Of a DNA stretch of 63,433 nucleotides, positions 37,101 to 47,000 are shown piece by piece; the stretch's first letter is position 1, and the number at the start of each line of letters is the position of its first letter. Made by a program: the position numbers and the translations under genes. This DNA is from an uncultured Candidatus Saccharibacteria bacterium (lineage in GTDB: Bacteria > Patescibacteriota > Minisyncoccia > Phycocordibacterales > JACOZG01), in assembly GCA_964360815.1 (NCBI GenBank), contig CAYHYA010000003.1, positions 1-63,433 on the forward strand, in the 5' to 3' direction. Below the pieces are notes generated by a model that was not told where the DNA came from, made no database searches, and saw only the letters and a program-made list of their open reading frames with translations.

Positions 37101-37346
37101 AAAGCCCAACGCGGCGGACAGCGATTTGGTGAAATGGAGGTCTGGGCGCTTGAAGGTTATGGCGCGGCTTACACCCTGCGTGAGATGATGACGATTAAGT
37201 CCGATGACATCACCGGGCGTTCGCAGGCCTTCGACGCAATTATTAAGGGTGAACCGATTGCTGGGCCGCATCTGCCCGCTTCGTTTAACGTAATGTTGAA
37301 TGAACTTCGCGGTTTGGCCCTGAATGTGGAACTGAAGAAAAATTAG
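34179..37346 (+). CDS. rpoB: DNA-directed RNA polymerase subunit beta
   Basis: 1055 aa carrying conserved rpoB blocks, for example GRHGNKGV and the [42 protein letters not shown] region. Confidence 0.95.
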   Translation: [1055 protein letters not shown]

Positions 37347-37358
37347 TTAAACATAATT

Positions 37359-40300
37359 ATGATCACCAAAAAAACACCCATCGCGACCGTTAATCACGAA
37401 GACGAAATTGGTGCCGTTCAACCAACACGGCCGGCTCGGCCGGCCGGTCGCGAGATTGAACCGTCCGATTTTAATCTAATCTCGCTCAAACTGGCTTCGC
37501 CCGAGAACATCCGTGATTGGTCGTATGGCGAAGTGACCAAGGCGGAGACGATCAATTACCGCACCGGTCGAAGCGAGCGGGGCGGCCTTTTCGATGAACG
37601 AATTTTTGGGCCGGAGAGAGATTACGAATGTTATTGTGGCAAGTATCGGCGAATTCGTTATCGCGATATTATTTGCGAGCGCTGTGGTGTGGAAGTGACC
37701 AGATCGATTGTTCGGCGCGAGCGCATGGGACACATCGAACTGGCCAGTCCGGTTTCGCATATTTGGTTTCTGCGCAGTGTGCCGTCCCGGATCGGTTTGA
37801 TTCTGGATCTTTCGATTAATGATTTGGAAAAAGTAATTTATTTTGCCGGCTATATTGTTACCAAAGTTAACGACGCCGAGCGCCACCGCATTCTTAAAGA
37901 AATTGATACGGAATATAAAAGTAAGGTCAAAAATCTTCAGGACGAACGCAGCCGCGAAGCCCTGAAAGAATCGTTGCTCGAGGTCAAACGTCAACTCAAC
38001 CGCTTGGCCGCCGGGCAAGTGCTCGATGAGGTTTCTTATCATCGTTTCTCGCTAAAATACGGTTCGGTTTTTGAGGCCGGCATTGGGGCCGAAGCGGTTT
38101 ACGATATTTTAAAAAATCTCGATTTAGCCGAAACGATCAAGAAAGTTGAAGGCGAGCTCAAACAAGCTGGAGCTTTAGAGCGCGGCCGAATCCAGCGGCG
38201 CTATAACCTTTTGGCGGCAATCAAGAAGGCCGGCCTGCGTCCGGAGTGGATGTTTTTGACGACGATCCCGGTTATTCCGCCGGATCTACGGCCGATTGTG
38301 CCGCTTGATGGTGGTCGTCATGCGACGAGCGACGTTAATGATTTATATCGTCGAGTGATCAACCGCAACAACCGTTTGAAAAAACTAAAAGAGTTAAATG
38401 CGCCGGAAGTGATTTTGCGCAACGAGAAACGCATTCTTCAGGAGGCGGTTGATGCCTTGATCGATAACTCCATCCGGCGCGGCCAAAACGCCGGCCCCAT
38501 GAGTCAATCTCAACGGCGACCACTCAAATCACTTTCCGACAGCTTGAAGGGAAAGCAGGGCCGTTTTCGGCAAAACCTTTTGGGCAAGAGAGTTGACTAC
38601 TCCGGTCGAAGCGTGATCGTGGTTGGTTCCGAGCTTAAACTTTCTGAATGTGGTTTGCCGAAGCATATGGCCCTCGAACTTTTCCGGCCGTTCGTTATTT
38701 CTAAAATTTTACAAAATGAACTGGCCTTCAATATTCGCGGCACCAATCGGTTAATTGATGATCAGGTGCCGGAAGTTTGGGAAATTCTCGAGCAGGTGAT
38801 TAAAGATAAGTATGTCCTCTTGAATCGCGCGCCGACCCTGCATCGTCTTGGCATCCAGGCCTTTCGCCCGCAACTAATTGAGGGTGACGCGATCCGGATC
38901 CATCCTTTGGTTTGTGCCGCGTTCAATGCCGATTTTGACGGCGACCAAATGGCCGTGTACGTCCCATTATCGGCACCAGCCCAGAAGGAAGCTCGCGAAA
39001 TCATGGCCGCCAATCGAAACATCTTAAAACCCGGCAACGGCCAACCAGTGATTTCTTTAAAGTTGGATATTATCCTCGGTTGCTACTGGGTGACTCGCTT
39101 GGTGCCAAAGGAAACCGGCGCCGGGAAAATTTTCTCTAGTCCCGAAGAGGCGATCACGGCCAATCAGTTTGGCGGCGTCTCACTGCGAGCGCCGATCAAG
39201 ATCATCAATCATCGTCAGGGGAAGTTCGCCAACCTTGATCAAGAAGTTTTTGAAACTTCGGTTGGCCGCTTATTGTTCAACGAAATTTTGCCACCCGACA
39301 TCTTCTTCATCAACAAAGAAATTACCGCCAAAGAAATGACCCGACTGGTTGACGACCTGATTGCGGTTTGTGGGATTAGCCAGATCGCCGAAATCGTTGA
39401 TCGGATCAAAGATTTCGGTTTTGTCCACGCCACCACCTCCGGCATTACCTGGGGCCTCGATGACATTAATGTCCCCGATGGGAAAGAGGCAATTATCACT
39501 CGGGCAAAACAAGAAAGTTTGAAACTCGAACAAACTTACAACGACGGGCTTTTATCGAAAGATGAAAAATATCGAATGGATATCGAAGTTTGGAGTCGAG
39601 CGCGAAGTCAGGTGGAGAAACTCATTCCGACCACGCTCGATCCGGAGGGTTCGGTCATGCACATGTTGAATTCTGGCGCGCGGGGTTCGCTCAGTCAGGT
39701 GGCTCAAATGTCGGCGATGAAGGGTCTCATCGCCAGCCCGGCCGGGCGACTGATTGATTTCCCGATCATTCCGTCTTACAAAGAAGGCCTATCGCCGCTT
39801 GAATATTTCATCACCACTCACGGTTCACGGAAAACTCTTACCGATACCGCCCTGAATACCGCCAAGGCCGGTTACCTCACCCAGCGTTTAGTGAACGTGG
39901 CCCAAGGGATGATTGTGACAGAAGATGATTGTGGCGATCGTCATGGTAAAAAAATAAACAAAAACAACGTCTCCAGTCTCGATCTCGGTCTAGGAAACAT
40001 TCTTCGCGGTCGGGTTTTGGCTGGGGATCTAAAGTCACCAGACGGGTCGGTGTTGTTTCGTAAGGGACATCTGCTCACAAACAACGATGCCAAAACGGCC
40101 GAGGCGGCCGGCGTGGTGGAGGCGGAAATACGAACGGTTTTAAGTTGTCGCTCGGTGCGCGGGGTTTGCCAGACTTGTTACGGCGCCGATTTAGGCCGAG
40201 GCGGTTTGGTGGAAATCGGTGAGGCGGTTGGCATCGTTGCCGCTCAAGCGATTGGCGAGCCGGGAACTCAATTGACCATGCGCACCAAACATTCGGGCGG

Positions 40301-41054
40301 GGTTGACGTTGGTGGCGACATCGTTGGTGGTTTACCACGGGTTGAAGAAATTTTCGAACGACGGATTGCCAAACACTCGGCTCTAGTTTCGCCAGTGGCT
40401 GGGGTGGTGACGGAAATTCGTCAGACCGACAAAGAAAACATCATCTCGGTTTTACCGGAAACAGAAAAGAAGGGGACGGGTTTACCCACGGCGGTTGATT
40501 TTAAGTTGTCGTTGTTTCGAACTCCGCTGGTCAAAAAAGATGATCGGGTGATGGTCGGGCAAATTTTAACCGACGGACCCGCCGATCTGAACGAACTCTT
40601 TAAATTTGCCGGCCGAAATTTTACGGAAGAATATATTATCAACGAAATTAATAACATCTACGAACTCCAAGGGGCTTCAATCAGTCGCAAACATATTGAA
40701 ATAATTATTCGACAAATGTTTTCCCGCCACCGAATCAAGGATCCGGGCAGTACGGCGTTTGAGGTTGGCGAGGTTGTTGAACAGGTTGACTTAATCGAAG
40801 CCAATCTGGAAGCTAAAAAACACGACCACGCCGAAGCCGTCGCCGAAACTTTACTATTCGGTATCTCCGAAGTTTCGCTAACTACCGACAGTTTTTTGGC
40901 GGCAGTGTCCTTCCAACAGTCAACCAAGATGCTCATCAAGACCGCCTTGCGCGGCGGGGTTGATTACTTGAAAGGTCTTAAGGAGAATGTTATTGTTGGC
41001 CGCTTAATTCCGGCCGGCACCGGCCTTAAGCCCGGTTACGGCGACGATTTCTGA
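37359..41054 (+). CDS. rpoC: DNA-directed RNA polymerase subunit beta'
   Basis: 1231 aa with the zinc-binding CxxC...CxxC N-terminus, the NADFDGD catalytic motif, and trigger-loop and bridge-helix regions. Confidence 0.95.
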   Translation: MITKKTPIATVNHEDEIGAVQPTRPARPAGREIEPSDFNLISLKLASPENIRDWSYGEVTKAETINYRTGRSERGGLFDERIFGPERDYECYCGKYRRIRYRDIICERCGVEVTRSIVRRERMGHIELASPVSHIWFLRSVPSRIGLILDLSINDLEKVIYFAGYIVTKVNDAERHRILKEIDTEYKSKVKNLQDERSREALKESLLEVKRQLNRLAAGQVLDEVSYHRFSLKYGSVFEAGIGAEAVYDILKNLDLAETIKKVEGELKQAGALERGRIQRRYNLLAAIKKAGLRPEWMFLTTIPVIPPDLRPIVPLDGGRHATSDVNDLYRRVINRNNRLKKLKELNAPEVILRNEKRILQEAVDALIDNSIRRGQNAGPMSQSQRRPLKSLSDSLKGKQGRFRQNLLGKRVDYSGRSVIVVGSELKLSECGLPKHMALELFRPFVISKILQNELAFNIRGTNRLIDDQVPEVWEILEQVIKDKYVLLNRAPTLHRLGIQAFRPQLIEGDAIRIHPLVCAAFNADFDGDQMAVYVPLSAPAQKEAREIMAANRNILKPGNGQPVISLKLDIILGCYWVTRLVPKETGAGKIFSSPEEAITANQFGGVSLRAPIKIINHRQGKFANLDQEVFETSVGRLLFNEILPPDIFFINKEITAKEMTRLVDDLIAVCGISQIAEIVDRIKDFGFVHATTSGITWGLDDINVPDGKEAIITRAKQESLKLEQTYNDGLLSKDEKYRMDIEVWSRARSQVEKLIPTTLDPEGSVMHMLNSGARGSLSQVAQMSAMKGLIASPAGRLIDFPIIPSYKEGLSPLEYFITTHGSRKTLTDTALNTAKAGYLTQRLVNVAQGMIVTEDDCGDRHGKKINKNNVSSLDLGLGNILRGRVLAGDLKSPDGSVLFRKGHLLTNNDAKTAEAAGVVEAEIRTVLSCRSVRGVCQTCYGADLGRGGLVEIGEAVGIVAAQAIGEPGTQLTMRTKHSGGVDVGGDIVGGLPRVEEIFERRIAKHSALVSPVAGVVTEIRQTDKENIISVLPETEKKGTGLPTAVDFKLSLFRTPLVKKDDRVMVGQILTDGPADLNELFKFAGRNFTEEYIINEINNIYELQGASISRKHIEIIIRQMFSRHRIKDPGSTAFEVGEVVEQVDLIEANLEAKKHDHAEAVAETLLFGISEVSLTTDSFLAAVSFQQSTKMLIKTALRGGVDYLKGLKENVIVGRLIPAGTGLKPGYGDDF

Positions 41055-41067
41055 ATGAGGGGCGCGC

Positions 41068-42759
41068 ATGTCTTCAACCGTCGAACAAATCAAATCCAGA
41101 TTATCGGTTGTTGAGGTGGTCGGCAGTTATCTAAAACTAGAAAAAGCTGGCACCAATTATCGCGCGCGTTGCCCGTTTCATCAAGAGAAAACACCCTCCT
41201 TTTTTGTCTCACCTGGCCGTGGTAGTTATCATTGTTTTGGTTGTAATCGCGGCGGCGACCTGATCAGTTTTGTTCAAGAAATTGAAAACCTCGATTTTCT
41301 TGGAGCGTTAAAGTTGTTGGCCGAACGAGCTGGCGTCGAGGTCCAGGTGCTCGACAAACGCCTGGCCTCGGTTAAAGAACGACTCTACGAATTAATGGAA
41401 TCAGCCACCCGTTATTATGTGGAACAACTCTCGAGCAACACCGCGGCACAAAATTATCTAAAAGAACGCGGCTTAACCGACGAAACGATCAAATCATTTC
41501 GTTTGGGCTTTGCTCCAGTTGGCTGGCGGACAATCGGTCCTCTCCTGACCAAACAGGGGTTTACTGTGGCCGAGATCATTCAAGCGGGATTATTAATTTC
41601 TGTCACGGGCAAAGATCCTTACGATCGTTTCCGGAGTCGGCTGATGTTTCCGTTGATGGACAACACCGGTCGAGCGATTGGTTTCTCGGCGCGGATTTTC
41701 GGCTCGGAAGACAGTGCTCCAGTGGCCAAATATATTAATTCACCGGAAACACCGCTTTATAATAAATCTCGAACGCTCTATCTCTATCATCGCGCGCGGT
41801 TGCCGTTTCGCACGGTGGATCGCTGTATTTTGGTGGAGGGTCAGGTTGACGCTCTTCTCTCGCAACAAAGTGGTTTTCTCGAGACAGTGGCGGTGTCGGG
41901 GACAGCCCTAACCAAAGATCACCTCGAAATGATCAAGCGTTTGACCGGCAACTTAATCATGGCTTTCGACGCTGACCTGGCGGGGATTCGCGCGGGACGG
42001 CGAGCGATCGAGTTGGCGCTCGATCAGGGGCTAGAAGTGAAAATCGCTCTCTTGCCGACCAACCGTGATCCGGCCGATTTGATTCGGGAAAATCCGGAAA
42101 GGTGGCGCCAGGCGATTGATCAGGCGGTGCACGTGGTTGACTTCCTGCTGACCACCCTAAAGCGTGAGTGGTCGGAACCGCGTCGCTTGGCCCATGCGGT
42201 GGAGCGAGAAGTTTATCCGTTCTTGATCCGCTTACTCAATCCGATCGACCAGGCCTTTTTTATCAACAAGATTTCCGTTCAGCTTAATTTGCCGGAAAAT
42301 GTGATCAGAGAAGGCGTCGCTCGACTTAAAACTCAATCCCAACCAACGATTAATTCTAATCCGCCGCCGACCGAACTGCCCAATGAAAAAATTTCGCCAC
42401 TGGTCCGGCGCGAACGCCTCGAAGAAGTTATTTTTGGTCTACTTTTTTGGCAAAATCGTCCCGCTTGGGAAAATCTTGTCCGCGCGCGGTTGACGGCCGC
42501 GCTCTATGCGGTCAAATTCGAGGATTTGTCCAAACGCCGGATGGAGTTGGCCCTGACCGCCGAATTGGCCTACGGTCAGTCCGATAAACTCGATCTGGAT
42601 CTCGCCGAGCTCTTGGATTATTGGCAAGAAGAAAGTTGGCGAGAAGAATTAACAGCCCTTCTCGCGCGTTCTCGTTCGGCCTTGCCGGAGGAGGCAATTA
42701 ACTACGCCAACCAGTGTCAGGTGTTGCTCGGAAAAATTAATAGTTTAAAAAAATTATGA
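41068..42759 (+). CDS. dnaG: DNA primase
   Basis: Zinc-binding domain ([34 protein letters not shown]), a TOPRIM domain (EGQVDALL ... AFDADLAG), and a C-terminal helical domain. Confidence 0.9.
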   Translation: MSSTVEQIKSRLSVVEVVGSYLKLEKAGTNYRARCPFHQEKTPSFFVSPGRGSYHCFGCNRGGDLISFVQEIENLDFLGALKLLAERAGVEVQVLDKRLASVKERLYELMESATRYYVEQLSSNTAAQNYLKERGLTDETIKSFRLGFAPVGWRTIGPLLTKQGFTVAEIIQAGLLISVTGKDPYDRFRSRLMFPLMDNTGRAIGFSARIFGSEDSAPVAKYINSPETPLYNKSRTLYLYHRARLPFRTVDRCILVEGQVDALLSQQSGFLETVAVSGTALTKDHLEMIKRLTGNLIMAFDADLAGIRAGRRAIELALDQGLEVKIALLPTNRDPADLIRENPERWRQAIDQAVHVVDFLLTTLKREWSEPRRLAHAVEREVYPFLIRLLNPIDQAFFINKISVQLNLPENVIREGVARLKTQSQPTINSNPPPTELPNEKISPLVRRERLEEVIFGLLFWQNRPAWENLVRARLTAALYAVKFEDLSKRRMELALTAELAYGQSDKLDLDLAELLDYWQEESWREELTALLARSRSALPEEAINYANQCQVLLGKINSLKKL

Positions 42760-43931
42760 GCAAAAAAATTGTGGCCAAGAAAAAGAAGGTTGTTCGAACC
42801 AAAACTAAACCCTCCAGGAAATCTCGAACAGCGAAACCAACGCTCGCGCGGCGCGAGCGCAAAGATTCAAACGAGAGTCGCTTTGAAAATCTTCTAACGC
42901 GTGGTCGGCAACGGGGCTTCATTACCTATGGCGAATTGTTAAAAGAATTTCCAGCGATCGAAACAGACCTAGCTTTCCTTGACGATATTTATAATCGGCT
43001 GGAACAAGTCGGCGTGGATGTGCTCGAGGAAACAGGTTTTCTTGATGAGGCCGGAACAGACGAACTATTGGCTAAATCAAAAGTTTCTCGTTATGGTTTG
43101 TCCTCACTCGATTCGGTACAAATGTACTTGAAAGAAATTGGCCGGCATAAACTCATTTCGGCCGCCGACGAGCGTGATTTGGCTAAACGGATTATTCAGG
43201 GAGACGATGAAGCCAAGCAAATTTTAACCAAAGCCAATCTGCGTCTGGTAGTCTCGATCGCCAAACGCTACATCGGCCGAAGTAACAATTTAACCCTGCT
43301 TGACTTGATTCAAGAGGGGAATCTTGGCTTGTTCAAAGCGGTGGAGAAATTTGACTGGACGCGCGGCTACAAATTTTCCACTTATGCGACTTGGTGGATT
43401 CGGCAGGCCATCACGCGCGCGTTGGCCGATCAATCACGAACGATTCGAATCCCGGTTCACATGGTGGAAACGATCGCTAAATACAAACAAGTGGTGCGGC
43501 GACTACTGCAAGATCTTGGTCGCGAACCACTGCCGGCGGAAATTGCCACGGAAATGGGAGTGGAAGTAGAAAAAATCGCCACGATTGAGAAAATTGATCA
43601 AGTCACGGCCTCGCTCGACAAACCCACGAACAGCGATGAAGAAAAATCAACCATCGGCGAATTTATTCCCGACACCAAGCTATCGTCACCCGGTGAGGAC
43701 TCGGCGCGCCGAATCTTACGTGACCAGATTCAAGAAATTTTGCGCGATCTAACCGATAAGGAACGAAAGATTCTGGAGATGCGTCATGGACTTGAAGACG
43801 GAGTAATGCGGACCCTGGAAGAAGTGGGACGGGAATTTGGCGTTACCCGAGAACGAATCCGCCAAATCGAGGCCAAGGCCCACGAGAAAATCCGTCAGCA
43901 CGATAAGATCAAAAAACTCCTCGGGTATTAA
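42756..43931 (+). CDS. rpoD: RNA polymerase sigma factor RpoD (sigma-70 family, group 1)
   Basis: Regions 1.2 through 4 are present ([32 protein letters not shown]; C-terminal [17 protein letters not shown]). It follows dnaG directly. Confidence 0.9.
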   Translation: MSKKIVAKKKKVVRTKTKPSRKSRTAKPTLARRERKDSNESRFENLLTRGRQRGFITYGELLKEFPAIETDLAFLDDIYNRLEQVGVDVLEETGFLDEAGTDELLAKSKVSRYGLSSLDSVQMYLKEIGRHKLISAADERDLAKRIIQGDDEAKQILTKANLRLVVSIAKRYIGRSNNLTLLDLIQEGNLGLFKAVEKFDWTRGYKFSTYATWWIRQAITRALADQSRTIRIPVHMVETIAKYKQVVRRLLQDLGREPLPAEIATEMGVEVEKIATIEKIDQVTASLDKPTNSDEEKSTIGEFIPDTKLSSPGEDSARRILRDQIQEILRDLTDKERKILEMRHGLEDGVMRTLEEVGREFGVTRERIRQIEAKAHEKIRQHDKIKKLLGY

Positions 43932-43940
43932 GTTTTCGTC

Positions 43941-44663
43941 CTACTTTTTCTCCAGTAGACCGTTAATCAGTTGACGCATACCTTCGATCGGTACGGCCCC
44001 GGCGATCGCAATTTGCTGGTTGTCGGGAGTGATAATAATCGGGAAGGGTGTGCCGTTGCCACCACTCGCGATCGCGTTTTGATAATCTTGATCAACGCGC
44101 TCGGCCTGACGTCCGCTCGCGAGACAAGCGTCAAAAGCTTGTTTGTCTAAACCAATTTGTTCGGCCAAGAGTGGCAACTGGGCCGGATCAAGTTGGTCGT
44201 TCGAAGGAGTGACGGAGAAAAGTTTATCGGTGTATTCCCAAAATTTAGAATTACCGCCAAGTTCGTTGGCACACTCGGTGGCCTCGGCCTCCTTCCGAGC
44301 TTTGGCATGAAGCTGATCAAGTGGGAAGTGGCGAAAAATCCAAGCCACCTGACCGCTCGAGCCGTAATCTTGCATGACCGCGTTCATGGTTTGATGGAAA
44401 CTTTTGCAAAACGGGCATTCCAGATCGGAGTACTCCACAATTTTAATTGGGGCATTTGGATCGCCCAAGATGTGATCATCTGGACCAACCGGCCTTAAGT
44501 TTTCGAGCTTTAACGTGGCTTGGTCGCCGCTCGCAACATTGGCCACCTGATCCAACCCGCCACTCGGGGTTGGACCTTTATAATAAACCGCACCGGCAAC
44601 AAACAGTCCGGCAATAATAATCGCCACCGGAACGGCGTAAGAGGGGGAAGAATTATTTTCCAT
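43941..44663 (-). CDS. DsbA/BdbD-like thiol-disulfide oxidoreductase, membrane-anchored
   Basis: N-terminal TM anchor and a thioredoxin fold with a CPFC active site (YSDLECPFCKSFH). Confidence 0.75.
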   Translation of the reverse strand: MENNSSPSYAVPVAIIIAGLFVAGAVYYKGPTPSGGLDQVANVASGDQATLKLENLRPVGPDDHILGDPNAPIKIVEYSDLECPFCKSFHQTMNAVMQDYGSSGQVAWIFRHFPLDQLHAKARKEAEATECANELGGNSKFWEYTDKLFSVTPSNDQLDPAQLPLLAEQIGLDKQAFDACLASGRQAERVDQDYQNAIASGGNGTPFPIIITPDNQQIAIAGAVPIEGMRQLINGLLEKK

Positions 44664-44739
44664 GATTTTTAGTCTCGTTTAAATAATTGATAATACTGGA
44701 TTCTAACACAAGTTAATTTTTAACGCCATTACTCGAATT

Positions 44740-44778
44740 AAAGAAAAACGGCCACCTTATTTTCGTGGCCGTTTTTGG
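44740..44778 (-). terminator. intrinsic terminator (bidirectional geometry) downstream of 44799..45503
   Basis: Hairpin acggccac-cttattttc-gtggccgt, with an A-run before and a T-run after on both strands. Confidence 0.6.
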
Positions 44779-44798
44779 TCTGTTCATTCACATTCCCC

Positions 44799-45503
44799 TT
44801 ATCGGGTAGCAAACGATGGGTCAAACACTCTCCTTAAATCGCCGTAACTATGGACATGTTTTGAAAATGGCCACAAGTTGTGACAAGAGCAACAATAAAT
44901 AACGTCTGTTTCTTTATTGTCGTTATCTCCACGACGTTCCATTTTACCACCACATGAGTTATTAGAGATGTGAACGCCAATATCCATAGAAAAGATATCG
45001 TCGTCGGTTGTGTGTCTTAAGACATGCGACATCAGGATTGGGTCAAGACATGATGGATTTTTTTCCGCCAGAAAATCTCTGTCCAATGCCCCCTTTTTGC
45101 CTCGCGGTGGCGGAAGTGGGATTGGTTCAAACGGAACGCTGGTTCTGATTATCTTGGTCAGTTCGTCAGCAACATCTTCTCGGGATTCCTTTCCGTGAAA
45201 TAAACCAAAGGCCGTTCGCGAAAGGACTCCATGAAGCCAACCCGAGGCCGACCGATCAATGCATTTGTTTGTCCCAAATACCAGGAAATGGCAATCGCTT
45301 ATTATGCGCCCATGGTGGTTTCCCGGTATGTCTTCTCGAACCTTAACTCGATCTGCCTTAAAACCAGTGGCGTGTAGGATGTCGAGAAGTGTTTTTATTT
45401 CATTCTCCGGCAACACCATAATTTTGTATAAATTGTATCTGTGATACAAAACGAATTTAACAAAACCCACAGCACTATCATATGCATTAGTATTTAACAC
45501 CAC
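44799..45503 (-). CDS. hypothetical protein with C-terminal Cys/His cluster (possible HNH-like zinc finger)
   Basis: 234 aa lying in a stretch of lower GC, flanked by AT-rich DNA on both sides. The C-terminus contains CGGK ... YCCSCHNLW ... HVH. I recognise no family. Confidence 0.5.
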   Translation of the reverse strand: MVLNTNAYDSAVGFVKFVLYHRYNLYKIMVLPENEIKTLLDILHATGFKADRVKVREDIPGNHHGRIISDCHFLVFGTNKCIDRSASGWLHGVLSRTAFGLFHGKESREDVADELTKIIRTSVPFEPIPLPPPRGKKGALDRDFLAEKNPSCLDPILMSHVLRHTTDDDIFSMDIGVHISNNSCGGKMERRGDNDNKETDVIYCCSCHNLWPFSKHVHSYGDLRRVFDPSFATR

Positions 45504-45609
45504 TATCTCCTTTCAAAACTCTCGTTTTCTTTCATTTGGGAACGCCCCTTTCTACGGGCAATCTAGCAGAAAACAACCCAAAAAGCAAGGGTTTAGGGTA
45601 GTATCACGT

Positions 45610-46113
45610 TTATTTTCTGATGACCTCCACCGCGCCGTTTTCTTTGATGTCAATCAGAGTCGAGGGTTTGCCGATTAGGCAACCGGCATCGTGATAAAAA
45701 TCAACATGATTGCCAAAATATGCTTCGGCTTCGGCGGTCGTTTGCGCCGGTGGCCGACCTTCCGGATTGGCTGAAGAGGCGATTAATGGCCCGGTCTTTC
45801 TTAATAGTTCTCTCAACCAGCTTGGTTTTGGCAGGCGGAAAGACAGTTTTGGCGAAAAAATTATGCTCGTCGGCCCGGGCCAAAATTGCTCGATAATTTT
45901 TAGGGTGGCCTTATTCGGGGCAAGTTGAAATTTTTCCAGCTCGGCCAAATCGCCGATCATGACAATAGACGGCTTATCAGGTGAGCGTTTTTTAAGCCGG
46001 TAGATCCTCGCGACGGTTTCCGGGTTCAACGCTTGTCCCACTAGGCCATAAATTGTATCGGTTGGTAGCACGCCCACGCCGCCCGACTTAATAATCTCGA
46101 TCGTCTCTTGCAT
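45610..46113 (-). CDS. tsaC: L-threonylcarbamoyladenylate synthase (YrdC/TsaC family)
   Basis: VLPTDTIYGLVGQA motif. At 167 aa it is of YrdC size. Confidence 0.8.
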   Translation of the reverse strand: MQETIEIIKSGGVGVLPTDTIYGLVGQALNPETVARIYRLKKRSPDKPSIVMIGDLAELEKFQLAPNKATLKIIEQFWPGPTSIIFSPKLSFRLPKPSWLRELLRKTGPLIASSANPEGRPPAQTTAEAEAYFGNHVDFYHDAGCLIGKPSTLIDIKENGAVEVIRK

Positions 46114-46215
46114 TCACTATAATATCCACATCTGGACTTACTAGGGAAGGGTTTTCGGGTTATAATCTAACCGGTCTCGGTTTTATCAACTTATTAATTT
46201 AAATTTAAACAAACA

Positions 46216-46440
46216 ATGAAAGGTTTACATGGTTTGGCATTTTTGCTCTTGATCGTTGGGGGTTTGAACTGGCTGGTCGTTGGTATTTGGAATACTGATC
46301 TCGGAGCTTGGCTCGGTGGCGGTTCGGTTGCCAAGGTGATCTATGTGTTGGTCGGTTTGGCTGCGGTTTACGAGCTTTTTACTCACAAGAAACTTTGCAA
46401 GTCCTGCGACAAAGGGCAAATGTCTGGCGGTAATCAATAA
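46216..46440 (+). CDS. DUF378-family small membrane protein
   Basis: 74 aa with two TM helices carrying LNWLVVGIW ... VIYVLVGLAAVYELF. Confidence 0.6.
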   Translation: MKGLHGLAFLLLIVGGLNWLVVGIWNTDLGAWLGGGSVAKVIYVLVGLAAVYELFTHKKLCKSCDKGQMSGGNQ

Positions 46441-46463
46441 TTCGGTTTAGCGCATTTTTTGAT

Positions 46464-46490
46464 AAACAGTCCGCCCGAGGCGGACTGTTT
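46464..46490 (+). terminator. putative intrinsic terminator
   Basis: Hairpin aaacagtccgcc-cgag-ggcggactgttt (an 11-12-bp stem), followed by tatggcatt. The T-tract is weak. Confidence 0.45.
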
Positions 46491-46521
46491 ATGGCATTAA
46501 TAACCTTAATTTTAAGTAATT

Positions 46522-46983
46522 ATGAACAAAATTTTTATCTGGATTATAATAATCATTCTGGCCGCCCTGGGGATTTGGTATTTTTCCTCGTCTAGTCTAA
46601 ATAATGACGACAAGGGGGAGGTGATGATCCCGCTAACTTCGCCAGCCGGCGAACGCGGCAATCTTGACGACACCGACAACAGCGTGGAAGCCCTACCGGC
46701 GCTCGTGGCGACGCGTGATTTCGTGGTGATCGGCGCCGATTTCAAATTTTCGCCCGCCGAGATCAAAGTTAAGTCCGGTGATCGGGTGAAGCTAACTTTG
46801 AAAAGCTCCGACATGCCGCACGATTGGCGCGTCGACGAATTGAACTTAGCCACGCGCATTCTCCAAGCTGGCGAAGAACAAACGATTGAATTCACTGCCG
46901 GTCCGGCCGGAACCTACGAGGCCTATTGTTCGGTGGGTAATCATCGAGCGAAGGGGATGGTGGGCAAACTGATTATTGAATAG
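46522..46983 (+). CDS. membrane-anchored cupredoxin (plastocyanin/azurin-like blue copper protein)
   Basis: N-terminal TM anchor. Type-1 copper ligands are arranged as H (PHDW), C, H and M (CSVGNHRAKGM). Confidence 0.7.
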   Translation: MNKIFIWIIIIILAALGIWYFSSSSLNNDDKGEVMIPLTSPAGERGNLDDTDNSVEALPALVATRDFVVIGADFKFSPAEIKVKSGDRVKLTLKSSDMPHDWRVDELNLATRILQAGEEQTIEFTAGPAGTYEAYCSVGNHRAKGMVGKLIIE

Positions 46984-47000
46984 CCCTTGCGCCGAGTGAT

